A model generated the notes under the pieces. That model ran no database searches, had not been told where the DNA came from, and was given only the letters and a program-made list of their open reading frames with translations. From Candidatus Bathyarchaeota archaeon (GTDB lineage: Archaea > Thermoproteota > Bathyarchaeia > Bathyarchaeales > Bathycorpusculaceae), in the NCBI GenBank assembly GCA_963811105.1, contig CAWEPZ010000002.1, forward strand, positions 64,001-128,000: DNA of 64,000 nt, given 5' to 3'. This document shows, piece after piece, positions 51,490 to 61,470 of the stretch. Numbering within the stretch: position 1 is the first letter of the stretch; every line of letters begins with the position of its first letter. Made by a program: the position numbers and the translations under genes.

Positions 51490-52884
51490 TTAGAAATGTG
51501 CTTTGATTCGCCAAACAAGATGATTCAAAGCAACCCTAGCCATGGTCCGACTGTAAAAGTTCTGTTTAAACATGTTCCTAAATACGTATTTGGGGGTATA
51601 GAAACTATCGTAAAATTCTCTTCTCAGCTTGCAAGCTTCTTCATCTGACAAAAGTGGGTTCTCAAAAACAGGCGTAGTTGTGTCGTAGCGTTCCCAGTCG
51701 GTGGACATTTTCAAACCCATCTTCTCAACAAGCAACCGCAGGTCAGTGCCTGGGTAAGGTGTAGCAATGCAAAGGTAAACGTCATCAGGTTCTGCTCGTC
51801 TGAGGAAATCTAACGTTTCCTTGCGCATCTCAGCTGTTTCGCCTGGGTAACCAATAATGATGGATATAGCTACAAACAAACCAGCTTTCTTAGCCATTTT
51901 GATAGCTGCCTCATTCTGCTCAACAGTGGTACGCTTTTTAACCCAATCCAAAACGTCCTGGCAACCAGATTCAGCTCCAAAAAACACTTGTTGGCAGTTT
52001 GTTTCTTTCATTTTAGCTAAGACTTCTTCGGAAATCTGGTCAACGCGAGTCTGGCAATCCCAGGGAATATCAATCTTGCGAGTTTTTATTTCATTGCAAA
52101 TTTCAAAAATCCGTTTTTTATCAAGCGTCAAAGTATCATCGTAGAAGGTGAAAGAATCGGCATGGTATTCGTTTTTGAGTAGTTCAAGTTCGTCACCGAT
52201 GTTTTTGGCGGTTCTGGCCCTGTACTGTTTGCCTAAGATGCGTGAGGTCGTGCAAAATGAACATTGAAAAGGGCACCCTCTGCTGGTAATTACCGGGAAA
52301 AACAACTTTCCAAAAAGCCTATAACTGTCCAATGGAAACTGCTTGTAGGCTGGAAAAGGCAATTCATCAAGGTTTTGAATGTATGCTCGCGTTGGGTTTT
52401 GAAGAATTTGTCCTTCTTTCCTAAATGTTATGCCCTCAACATCGTTGAGGCTTTCTTGGTTTGTGATTTTCCCTGTTAATTCTAAGAGAGTTTGCTCTCC
52501 TTCGCCTCTAACTACGATATCAACCGATGTTTCTTGGCTAAGGATTTCTTTGTCCATGAAGGTAGCGTGTGGCCCGCCTAGAACTATTGTTGCGTTTGGG
52601 CATGCTTCTTTAGCTCCTTTCGCGGCAAGCATGGTTGAAGGTACCATAGGAGTCATGGAACTGATACCGATTACATTTGGGTTAAATGCGGAAAGTTTTT
52701 GCTTTAATTTTTCTTGGTCAATGTCCGATGCCAAACAGTCAAAAACCAAAACTTCATTGCCTTTCTGCTCTAAAACAGCCGCCAAATAAGCTAAGCCAAT
52801 AGGTAAGTATGGGTGATGATGGAAAACTCCCTTCACGGGTGGCGGATTAACTAATGCTACTTTAGCTGTTTTGCTCATTTTCAA
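51490..52884 (-). CDS. Cobalamin-binding radical SAM protein
   Basis: PIGLAYLAA, GGPH, TSRGCPFQCSFC, TPYPGT. Confidence 0.9.
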   Translation of the reverse strand: MKMSKTAKVALVNPPPVKGVFHHHPYLPIGLAYLAAVLEQKGNEVLVFDCLASDIDQEKLKQKLSAFNPNVIGISSMTPMVPSTMLAAKGAKEACPNATIVLGGPHATFMDKEILSQETSVDIVVRGEGEQTLLELTGKITNQESLNDVEGITFRKEGQILQNPTRAYIQNLDELPFPAYKQFPLDSYRLFGKLFFPVITSRGCPFQCSFCTTSRILGKQYRARTAKNIGDELELLKNEYHADSFTFYDDTLTLDKKRIFEICNEIKTRKIDIPWDCQTRVDQISEEVLAKMKETNCQQVFFGAESGCQDVLDWVKKRTTVEQNEAAIKMAKKAGLFVAISIIIGYPGETAEMRKETLDFLRRAEPDDVYLCIATPYPGTDLRLLVEKMGLKMSTDWERYDTTTPVFENPLLSDEEACKLRREFYDSFYTPKYVFRNMFKQNFYSRTMARVALNHLVWRIKAHF

Positions 52885-52922
52885 TCCTGCACCAGATAAT
52901 TAGGAAAAGGAAGGAAATCAAC

Positions 52923-54308
52923 CTAGAACGCTGCTTTTATTTTTCTTCTCATATGTGCCAATGCTGTTCTTGTGGCTGATTTGCCGTAGACTCCGCCTTT
53001 TCTCCACATCTTGTATATATAGCTTGGTCGTATGTAGAAGCTTTGGAACGCTTTTTCCCTCATTTCCTTAAGTTCCTTTGAGCTTATCAGAGGAGTTTCA
53101 AAAATTGGTGTGGCAGTGTCATAGCGATTGAAATCTGTAATTTTTAGCCAGCCTTTCTGTGTAACGAGTTCATGCATTGGAGTACCTGGATAAGGCGTAG
53201 CAATGTAGTAGCCAACGTCGTCAGGATTAAGTTCTTCAATAAACTTGGTTGTTTCCCTAAGTGTTTCAGGTGTCTCTTCAGGGAAGCCCAGGACAACGCT
53301 TGCAACGGTCATCAAGCCAATTTCTTGCGCCATTTTGAATGCTTTCTTGATCTTCTCTAAAGTATAGCCTTTACCCATGGCGTCAATAACCATCTGTGAA
53401 CCAGCTTCAACACCAAACCAGACAGCAATACAGCCTGAATCCTTCATGGTTTGAAGCAACTCGCGTGTAACCATGTCAACTCGGGTTTCGCAGTCCCACT
53501 TAATTTTCAAGTTGCGATTCTTGATTTCTTGGCAGATTTCTTTGACCCGGTTTTGGTCGACGGAGAATGCGTCATCGTAGAAGGTGAATTGTTGTGCGCC
53601 AAAGTCCTTGACAAGATGTTCAAGTTCGTCAACTACGCTTTTCGGGCTTCGAATTCGATATCCTCTGCCGAACATTCGTACTGCCGAGCAGAAGTTGCAC
53701 CAGAAAGTGCATCCTCGGCTTGTGTATACAGGGAAAATGACGATACCATACTTGTTTAAGTGTTCAAGTGGGAAAAGGTGGTGAGCTGGAAAAGGTAAAG
53801 CGTCGAGGTCTTGAATGTATGGTCTATCTGGATTTTTAACGATTTCGCTGCCTTTTCGGCAAGTAGTGCCCACAACATCATAGTAAAGTTTTCCTGCTTC
53901 AATTCTTTGCATAAGCTCAATTATGGTGTTTTCGCCTTCTTTTCTTACAATAATGTCAAACTGTGGATATTCTCTTAAGGCGTTTTCATCCCAAAATGAA
54001 ACGTGAGGACCACCAATCATGGTAATGCATTTTGGATTGAGTTCTTTTGCTATCTTGGCCATTTCAGCCGCAGACTTATAGGTTAGAGTGGTTGAAGTCA
54101 TTCCCACTACGTCTGGATTGCGCTTACTAAGTTCAATCCTAAATTGATCAGGTGTAAGTTTGAGCGCCTGACAATCAATAACATCTACTGGGTAACCAGC
54201 TTTTTCTAAAACAGCAGCCAAATATCCGATTCCCAACGGAATAAACGGTGGATGTTGGTGTGCACCTTCTGGATAAGGTGGGTTAACAAGTGTTACATGC
54301 GGCTTCAT
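52923..54308 (-). CDS. Cobalamin-binding radical SAM protein
   Basis: PLGIGYLAA, GGPH, TSRGCTFWCNFC, TPYPGT; close paralog of 43019-44407. Confidence 0.9.
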   Translation of the reverse strand: MKPHVTLVNPPYPEGAHQHPPFIPLGIGYLAAVLEKAGYPVDVIDCQALKLTPDQFRIELSKRNPDVVGMTSTTLTYKSAAEMAKIAKELNPKCITMIGGPHVSFWDENALREYPQFDIIVRKEGENTIIELMQRIEAGKLYYDVVGTTCRKGSEIVKNPDRPYIQDLDALPFPAHHLFPLEHLNKYGIVIFPVYTSRGCTFWCNFCSAVRMFGRGYRIRSPKSVVDELEHLVKDFGAQQFTFYDDAFSVDQNRVKEICQEIKNRNLKIKWDCETRVDMVTRELLQTMKDSGCIAVWFGVEAGSQMVIDAMGKGYTLEKIKKAFKMAQEIGLMTVASVVLGFPEETPETLRETTKFIEELNPDDVGYYIATPYPGTPMHELVTQKGWLKITDFNRYDTATPIFETPLISSKELKEMREKAFQSFYIRPSYIYKMWRKGGVYGKSATRTALAHMRRKIKAAF

Positions 54309-54608
54309 TGCTATCCCTGAATCTATGGATGGATTGATAGATGGGCTACTTTAATTAATATATGTTTTCGATTCGAGCGATTTATACACAAATGAGATTT
54401 TAGAGCTATCTTTTCTCCCTACAGCCTTATAGGAGCTTTACTTCACCCTACTCAGAAAACGATAACTCCGCTAGAAATAAAAAACAATTCCCTTTCCTTT
54501 TTTCGTTTAAGTCTGTTAGACTAATTAATTTGAAGTTAAGGGTTCTTTTTGCTTTAAGTCAATTGTTATATAATCCTTAAATTGTAGTGAACCTTGATTT
54601 AGAAACCG

Positions 54609-55316
54609 ATGCTATCCTCCCTTAAAAGACATTTACATGGGCTTACTTATCTACTAACGAATCCAGCTCAAGTAAGGCACCTGATCATTAGAGAAACCTT
54701 GTATCGTCAAAGAAACCATAACAGAAGAGGTTGGGTAGAATGGCAAAAATACGACACTTACACTGCAGCGTCAATGCATAGCACGGCAGTTGCTTATGCT
54801 AGGCCCTTAAATTTGGCAAGAATCAACACATTTACCACAATGATTAACCAAATCGGCAAAGGGCTGACGGTGCTGGACGTGGGTTGCGGTGATGGCTTAC
54901 TTAGTGAGCCTATAGCAAAAATTGGCAACACGGTTGCATCCGTAGATTTGCCAACGATTACTCCAGTAGCTCAAAAACGTCACATTTCATTTGTCGTATC
55001 AGGAGACGCGGAGAAACTCGCTTTTGCAAACAATAGTTTTGATTTGGTTTTAGCTTCTGAAGTAGTTGAGCACCTGTGGAATCCTGATAATTTCTTGGCT
55101 GAAGCCTACAGGGTTCTTAAACCCAAAGGTTTCCTAATAGTTGAAGCTCCAGAAGGCAAAGAAGGCTTGCGATATGATGCACATAAGCACTGGTTCACAG
55201 TTGAGATTCTGCAGCATATGGTGGGTTCAAAATTCAGCCTGATTAGGTCAGAACGGTTTTCGCCTGAGTGGGGCGCACCGACTCCAACCTTCATTGCGCT
55301 TTTTCATAAAAACTAG
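54609..55316 (+). CDS. Class I SAM-dependent methyltransferase
   Basis: VLDVGCGDG, SFDLV..SEV.EH, RVLKP.G. Confidence 0.88.
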   Translation: MLSSLKRHLHGLTYLLTNPAQVRHLIIRETLYRQRNHNRRGWVEWQKYDTYTAASMHSTAVAYARPLNLARINTFTTMINQIGKGLTVLDVGCGDGLLSEPIAKIGNTVASVDLPTITPVAQKRHISFVVSGDAEKLAFANNSFDLVLASEVVEHLWNPDNFLAEAYRVLKPKGFLIVEAPEGKEGLRYDAHKHWFTVEILQHMVGSKFSLIRSERFSPEWGAPTPTFIALFHKN

Positions 55317-55324
55317 AAATTAAG

Positions 55325-56389
55325 TTAAGTCACTTTTCTAAGCATGTCTATAATGGATAAGTTATAGGGACATTTAGGTTCACGCTGACCGCATCCATTG
55401 CATTCGTCAGCCTCAACTTCTAATCCGCCATAGAGCTTTGTGCCCAATTTTCTAATTCATAGGTCATGTAAATCATGTGGAATCTCAGAATTGCCGGTAT
55501 GTTTAGGTTCTCAGAGTAACGCATGCAAAGACCGCTGTCTCGACTGTAACTTCCATCAGGCACAAAGTTGAATCGGTTTTTTTCGTCTCTTGTTAAGCCG
55601 TTAAATTCATTTCCAGCCTTGCTGGCAACTCTACTTCTTCAGTTGACCTAAACCCTGGAATTGTTATGGCCTTATTTTGGCTCAAAACATACCCCGGCGG
55701 GCTGGAAACCATTGCATTCTGGGTCTGTGTCCCAACCACTCTAAGTTCCGTTTCATCTGAAACAAGCGATAGCGAAGGCTTATACAAACGGTTATTAGTT
55801 TTGAGGTTTTGGCTGACAGCGGCTTCATAATGGCAACTCCGACATTATTTTTTTTGCATCTGGTAATAACTCTTCAAGTGCCTGCAGAGTCACGAAGTTA
55901 AGCAGAACAAGATCTATGTCAATCTTCCCCGTTTCAATGGCTCTTAATAGAACTCGGGGTCTGTGGCAAGTGATACCAATAAAATCAATTAAGCCTCTAG
56001 AACGTGTTTGCTTGCAAGTTTGCAGGGAGCCATGCTACCCCATTGCCTTGGATAGAGTTTTTTCGTCATCAATTCCATGCAGTTGAATTATCTATCTTGT
56101 AAGTTTGAAGTCTTCTTAGGCTATTTTCAACGTGTTCTACTAATTTTTTTGTTCTTGATCCAGTTCTTGTATCTATAACACAGTTGTTTCGGACATTTTT
56201 CAGGGCGGAGACGATTTTTTCTTCGTTGTCGCTATCAAGCTTTGCGGCGTCAAAATATTTAATGCCTCAATCGAAGGCTTTTCTGACAACTTGTAAGGTG
56301 GAATTCATGCTTAATTCTGAAATCCATGTTCCGTCAAATCCGATTACGCTTACTTGAAGGTCTATTCTTCCAAGCCTTCTTTTTTGCAA
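55325..56389 (-). pseudogene. Aldo/keto reductase with C-terminal Fe-S domain, heavily decayed
   Basis: LQKRRLGRIDLQVSVIGF..., AFD*GIKYFD.A, QLHG, FIGIT.H.P, NIPAILRF; many stops and frameshifts. Confidence 0.75.
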
Positions 56390-56399
56390 TCAAAGCCAT

Positions 56400-57776
56400 C
56401 TACGCCATGCCTGAACTATGAACAGCATCGGGGTTTAATCTTCGCTTGGCAAAGTTCAAAATGCCTTCACGTTTTACCCTTTTCATTATTTGTTTTGGGG
56501 ACCTATGGAACTCCCGGAAAAACTTTTTTTGAATTTGCACAAGGGTATCATAGTTGTACTCATCGGTTTTTACGCTGATCAAAAACTCGTCAAGACGCGT
56601 GTACCGTTTGCTTTCGAGCATTTCCTGATAGAGTTTGCTGTCTGGATAGGCAATGAAAATGTTGAATTGACACCAATCAGGATCCAACTTCTTTGCGAAT
56701 TTCAGCGAAGCTTCCATGTCTTGAAGAGTTTCGTCAGGTAAACCAAGCATGAATGAGCAAGCGACTTTTATACCGTTTTTGCGGCAAAGGCTAAACGCGT
56801 ACTCTATTTGCCTTAGTGTTGTGTTTCTGCCAATGCGCTGCAGTATCCTGGGTGAACCTGATTCAACTCCGAACCAGATAGTTTTGCATCCAGCTTTACT
56901 CATTGCTGCTAGCATTTCCTGATTGACCAAGTCTACCCGTGTGTCGCAAACCCACTCCAAATCAAGCTTATTCTCAATCATCTGGCTGCAAAGTTCAAGA
57001 GTTTCCTTTTTTCTAAGGGTAAAATTATCGTTAATGAAGTAAATTCCTTTTGTGCCGTACCTGCTTTGTAGGTCTTGTATTTCGCCGATTACTCTTTTCG
57101 GGCTGAAGCTGCGGCATATATTACCCCAAAGCTTTCTTGTCTCGCAGAAACCACAGTTGAAGACGCATCCGCGCGAGATGCTCATGACATCAGCTGGCTT
57201 AGCCTTTAAAAACTCAATTGTCCTGTCATAGAGTTCAAGTGGTAACAAATGCCTTGCGGGATATGGGATTTCATCGGGATTTTCAATGAATTTGGGCTGG
57301 TTTAGAATGTTTTTGCCTTGGCGAGTGCATGAAACACCCGGTATGGTTGCCGCGATAGGCTCATTGCCGTTTGTAAGTGCTGTGACTAGGTCTACTATGG
57401 CTCTTTCGCCTTCACCCATAACTACATAGTCAATCTCTGAGTTAGCCAGCAAAGTCTCAGGCATGTAGGAAGCATGCCATCCACCGACTACTACTTTGCA
57501 GTTTGGCAGAGCTTCTTTAATGAATTTTGCTGTTTCTATACAGCGTCTGAAGGTTGCTGAGCCGCAGGTTATTCCCACAATTTGCGGGTTAACCTTTGTA
57601 ATATACTCTTTGAGTTCACTGCTTGATTTGTTCATAAGGTAATTATCAAGCATTTGGACTGGGAAGCCTGCTTTTTCCAGTGCAGCGGCCACATACATTA
57701 ATCCAATTGGAGGCAACCGTTTGCCATGAAACCACGCGCTGTTTTCAGGCGGAGCTGTAGTCATAAGCAGAATCAA
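56400..57776 (-). CDS. Cobalamin-binding radical SAM protein
   Basis: PPIGLMYVAA, GGWH, SRGCVFNCGFC, FGVESG. Confidence 0.9.
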   Translation of the reverse strand: MILLMTTAPPENSAWFHGKRLPPIGLMYVAAALEKAGFPVQMLDNYLMNKSSSELKEYITKVNPQIVGITCGSATFRRCIETAKFIKEALPNCKVVVGGWHASYMPETLLANSEIDYVVMGEGERAIVDLVTALTNGNEPIAATIPGVSCTRQGKNILNQPKFIENPDEIPYPARHLLPLELYDRTIEFLKAKPADVMSISRGCVFNCGFCETRKLWGNICRSFSPKRVIGEIQDLQSRYGTKGIYFINDNFTLRKKETLELCSQMIENKLDLEWVCDTRVDLVNQEMLAAMSKAGCKTIWFGVESGSPRILQRIGRNTTLRQIEYAFSLCRKNGIKVACSFMLGLPDETLQDMEASLKFAKKLDPDWCQFNIFIAYPDSKLYQEMLESKRYTRLDEFLISVKTDEYNYDTLVQIQKKFFREFHRSPKQIMKRVKREGILNFAKRRLNPDAVHSSGMA

Positions 57777-58027
57777 GCAGTTTTCTCCCCTTCGTATGGC
57801 AAGTCAGCTGGCACCCTTGAAATGTTTGCATAAAGCGATTATTTGCAAGTTAATAGCTTTAACGGAACATTACGCTATGATGTTGGCTTAGGCTTTTTTG
57901 CTGTTCCCTTTTTTCTTTCAGGAAGAGTCAACTATTTGTTGTTGAAATCGATTTACAAAAAGATATGGAAAGAGGTCTATCAATTTCAGAAATTGATTTT
58001 TGTGGAAAATTGAAAAGCGGTTCACTC

Positions 58028-59140
58028 TTATTTTGCTAATATTTTTGATATGGCTGTTATGAGTTTTTGGTTGTCTTCAGCTGATCTGATTGTGACTCTG
58101 AAATAGCTGTCGTCTAAGCCCATGAATGTGCAGCAGTCGCGGATTAGTATGCGTTGATTTGTAAGAACTTCTTTGAGTTTAGTGGATGTGATTTTCCCGT
58201 TTGTTATTTTTACAAGCAGAAAGTTTGTTACGGACGGGTAAACATGTAAACCAACTATTTCCTCCAAGCCTTTGGCAAGCATTGCTCTCTCTTTAGCGAT
58301 GATGACTTTAGTATTTTGTATGAATTCTGTGTCCTTGAACGCTGCAAGCGTCGCAAAACTTGCAAGGCCATTAATGCTCCAGGGCAGGCGAATTGCATCT
58401 AGCTTGTTCACCAAGTTTTTTGCGGCGATGCCGTAGCCAAAGCGTATTCCAGCCATGCCGTAGAATTTCGTGACTGATCGGATAACAAACAGGTTCTCAT
58501 ACTCATTTATCATGCCTGCTAACGTGGTGAATTCGCCTTTTTCTGCAAACTCAATGTAATTCTCGTCGATGCTGAAGATAATGTCTTTCTTATGGCAGAA
58601 ATCCAAAAGCTCCAACACCGACTCTTTACTGTACAATGTGCCCGATGGGCTGTGCGGGTTGCAGATGCAAATTATTTTTGTGTCATCGGTAACTGCTTTC
58701 TTTATTCGCTCATTATCTAAGGAAAAATCTTCGGGCAACTGAACAAAAACCGCTTTGCCTCCGACACGTATAGTAGCTTTTTCATATTCGGAAAATGAGG
58801 GTATAGGAATTACCGCGTTAAAATTGGCAGACAAAATTTCGGTTATGGCGTAAATGAGTTCGATTGAGCCGTTTCCTAAAACGATGTTTTCTTCTTCAAC
58901 GCCTTGCCCAACGTACTTGGCGATTTCTTCTTTGAATTCCACTGGATTTGGGTCAGGATAAAACTTTATGAACTTAGCATATTGCTTCACTGCTTCTACG
59001 GCTTTAGGTGAAGGCCCAAGGAAATTAATGGGTCCACTGAATTCAAGCACTTCTTCAAGTGGGACATCGTATTTTCTGCTGAAACCCCAGATGTCTCCGC
59101 CGTGGCTAACAAACCTGCGTTCCTTACATGTGCTTGCCAG
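58028..59140 (-). CDS. cobD: Threonine-phosphate decarboxylase CobD-like (HisC-family PLP enzyme)
   Basis: HGG.I upstream of the tracked start, EFS..IN.LGP, GNGS.ELI, NP.SP.G, RS.TKFYG.AG.R.GY; in-frame CTG at 59140 after GGAGG; HisC activity not excluded. Confidence 0.72.
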   Translation of the reverse strand: MASTCKERRFVSHGGDIWGFSRKYDVPLEEVLEFSGPINFLGPSPKAVEAVKQYAKFIKFYPDPNPVEFKEEIAKYVGQGVEEENIVLGNGSIELIYAITEILSANFNAVIPIPSFSEYEKATIRVGGKAVFVQLPEDFSLDNERIKKAVTDDTKIICICNPHSPSGTLYSKESVLELLDFCHKKDIIFSIDENYIEFAEKGEFTTLAGMINEYENLFVIRSVTKFYGMAGIRFGYGIAAKNLVNKLDAIRLPWSINGLASFATLAAFKDTEFIQNTKVIIAKERAMLAKGLEEIVGLHVYPSVTNFLLVKITNGKITSTKLKEVLTNQRILIRDCCTFMGLDDSYFRVTIRSAEDNQKLITAISKILAK

Positions 59141-59678
59141 CTTTCCCTTCCTCCATTATCCTACCTATTTCTTTCTCAACTACTGATTGAGCTTTGAAGT
59201 GAGCGTTATACAAGTTAATTACCTTGTATAGCCAGTAAACTCCTCCAACGCCCAACGTAAATATGGTGACGAAAACATAAGTTTTTATCGGTATCGTCTG
59301 AGGCATAAACATCCGCTCTGGAAAAGCAGCCGCCAAAAACGCATCTTGATTTCGCTCATGCACCAGTAAATCCATAGACAATAAATATACGATTACAAAT
59401 GCTGGTATAACCAAAATTATGCTGGCAGCCCACGCCTTGGCGTTCCGCTCGGCCAAATTCTCGCTTGCTACAGGTGGCCGCTTTCCGCGGCTTATTAGAT
59501 AATCAGCAACCTGCTTCTCCACCTTAGCATCATGCTGAAAATGCTTGTTTCTGCCTTTAACAAGACGGTGAAACATAGGGAAAAAAGCTACGCCAAAAGT
59601 AATAACTGCTCCAAGAAACCACATGGAAAACCACATTTTCTTATCAGAGTAATTATTACTGCACATAGCGGTTTCCAT
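59124..59678 (-). CDS. Membrane protein (DUF4234-like)
   Basis: Repeated ITFG/FTLG...YW.Y....N.H motifs. Confidence 0.55.
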   Translation of the reverse strand: METAMCSNNYSDKKMWFSMWFLGAVITFGVAFFPMFHRLVKGRNKHFQHDAKVEKQVADYLISRGKRPPVASENLAERNAKAWAASIILVIPAFVIVYLLSMDLLVHERNQDAFLAAAFPERMFMPQTIPIKTYVFVTIFTLGVGGVYWLYKVINLYNAHFKAQSVVEKEIGRIMEEGKAGKHM

Positions 59679-59761
59679 CTAAGCGTCAATTGTCCATTAA
59701 ACTGCTTATAAGGTTGGAGTAGCCAAACTTTATAAGTTCTTCCATTGGCATCTAAGATAAA

Positions 59762-60460
59762 ATGAACCACGAGGAAATGCTGCTTTCGATAATTATCCCC
59801 GTCTACAACGAAGAATTAACGATAGGCAACATCATCGACCGAACCAAAATTGTTGTGCAGCAAACAGGATTAAGAAATGAAATAATTGTTGTGGACGACC
59901 GCTCGCATGATAAATCTCTTGAAATTGCCAAACGCTACAGTGTTAGATTATTCACTTTGAAACAGCACTTGGGCAAGGGCTATGCGTTGCGGGCTGGTTT
60001 CTTCAAAGCCAAAGGTGAAATAATAATCACCATCGACTCAGATGGTTCACATAAACCGGAAGAACTGCCCGAAGTTTTGGAGCCCATTCTCCAAGATAAA
60101 GCAGACCTTGTTATAGGCTCCAGATACCTTAACCACAAAAAAGTAGCGGCAAGAAAACTAAACGCCTTCGGAGTTGGGCTTTTCAACTCACTGATTGCAC
60201 TCCTAACGGGCGTAGTCATTACGGACTCACAATCAGGCTACCGTGCCATGAAACGTCAAATCCTCAAAGATCAAAAACTAGAATCAGGTGGATACGAAAT
60301 AGAATCTGAAATGCTGGTTAAAACTGCGAAAAAAAATTTCAGAATCACCGAGGTTCCGATAAGTTTCCAGCAGCGAACGTATGGCAGGTCAGGAGTTGAC
60401 CCGGTAATAGACGGCTTCAAGATTTTGCTATCAATAGTTTCAGCTGACTTGAAGGGTTAA
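59762..60460 (+). CDS. GT2 glycosyltransferase (polyprenol-phosphate sugar synthase-like)
   Basis: IIPVYNEE, VDD.S.D, GKG.A, D.DG.H, GSR, D.QSG. Confidence 0.88.
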   Translation: MNHEEMLLSIIIPVYNEELTIGNIIDRTKIVVQQTGLRNEIIVVDDRSHDKSLEIAKRYSVRLFTLKQHLGKGYALRAGFFKAKGEIIITIDSDGSHKPEELPEVLEPILQDKADLVIGSRYLNHKKVAARKLNAFGVGLFNSLIALLTGVVITDSQSGYRAMKRQILKDQKLESGGYEIESEMLVKTAKKNFRITEVPISFQQRTYGRSGVDPVIDGFKILLSIVSADLKG

Positions 60461-60465
60461 GCAAG

Positions 60466-61470
60466 TTGGCTGGAAATGAATATCCCAAAGTTTCAATCAT
60501 AGTTGCAGCTTACAACAGCGAACATACGATTGAAGAATGCCTCAAATCTATTTTAGCGCTGGATTACTCAGCGGACTCGGTAGAAATTATTGTTATGGAT
60601 GGCGGATCAAAAGATGATACTGTTCAAAAAGCACAAAAATATCCCGTAAAAGTCATTTCCATCCGCTTAAACGCACCTGCAGCCTACAACTACGCCATGA
60701 AAATCGCCAGACATCCCGTTTTAGGCTTCATTGATGCAGACGCCAAAGTCCAAGCAAACTGGCTGCACCTTCTTGCGCCTGACTTGAAAGAAACCCAGGT
60801 AGCCGGAGTAAGCGGCAGCATAGAAACATGGAACAATAATAATCCGTGGGCAAGAAGCATCGGCTACGAACTCAAAAACCGCTATCAACGTGTAGGAAAA
60901 TACACGAGCCGTATAGCCACTATGAATCTTCTGATGAAAAAAGCGGTCATTGAAGAGGTTGGCGGATGGGATGAGACTCTGCCAAGTCAGTACGACACTG
61001 ATTTAGGTTTTAGAATAAGTGCTAAAGGCTACAGATTCGCTTATGATCCAAGAGCCGTTTGCTACCATTTTAATAGGCCTACTTTGAAAGCTTATTATCG
61101 GCAGCAGTTGCAGTATGGCAAAAACACGTTGAGACTTTATTTCAAGCATGGTTCCTTGGCGAAGGGCGATGAAATTACAGATTTTGGCATGAACATCCAA
61201 CCTGTTCTTCTTTTAGTTGTTAGTGTATCTTTCCTGATCGGTCTGTTTCCGTTTATGAGATCTTTATGGTATGTTACGGGTTTAATTTTGGGTATTATGC
61301 TTGTTTACTTTGTTTACTCAGCCGCCAAACTTGCTTCAAAGTTTCACGACCATGTTGCTTATCGGTTAGTGGTGCTTTGTTTTGTGCGAGCGTTCGCGTG
61401 GTTCGTCGGGGCAGTAATAACCACAGCCAACTACCTGCTGGGCAGGGGGAGGAAAAAACACAATGCGTAG
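60466..61470 (+). CDS. GT2 glycosyltransferase with C-terminal TM helices
   Basis: VSII...YN, DGGS.D, DAD, GGWDE, D.DL..R. Confidence 0.87.
   Translation: MAGNEYPKVSIIVAAYNSEHTIEECLKSILALDYSADSVEIIVMDGGSKDDTVQKAQKYPVKVISIRLNAPAAYNYAMKIARHPVLGFIDADAKVQANWLHLLAPDLKETQVAGVSGSIETWNNNNPWARSIGYELKNRYQRVGKYTSRIATMNLLMKKAVIEEVGGWDETLPSQYDTDLGFRISAKGYRFAYDPRAVCYHFNRPTLKAYYRQQLQYGKNTLRLYFKHGSLAKGDEITDFGMNIQPVLLLVVSVSFLIGLFPFMRSLWYVTGLILGIMLVYFVYSAAKLASKFHDHVAYRLVVLCFVRAFAWFVGAVITTANYLLGRGRKKHNA

Noticed and set aside
54309-54608. Search for a RiPP precursor peptide in rSAM-cluster intergenic gaps (also 57780-58020 and 40190-40470)
   Set aside because: No small ORF with a credible SD and leader/core pattern; no RRE/PqqD or dedicated peptidase seen
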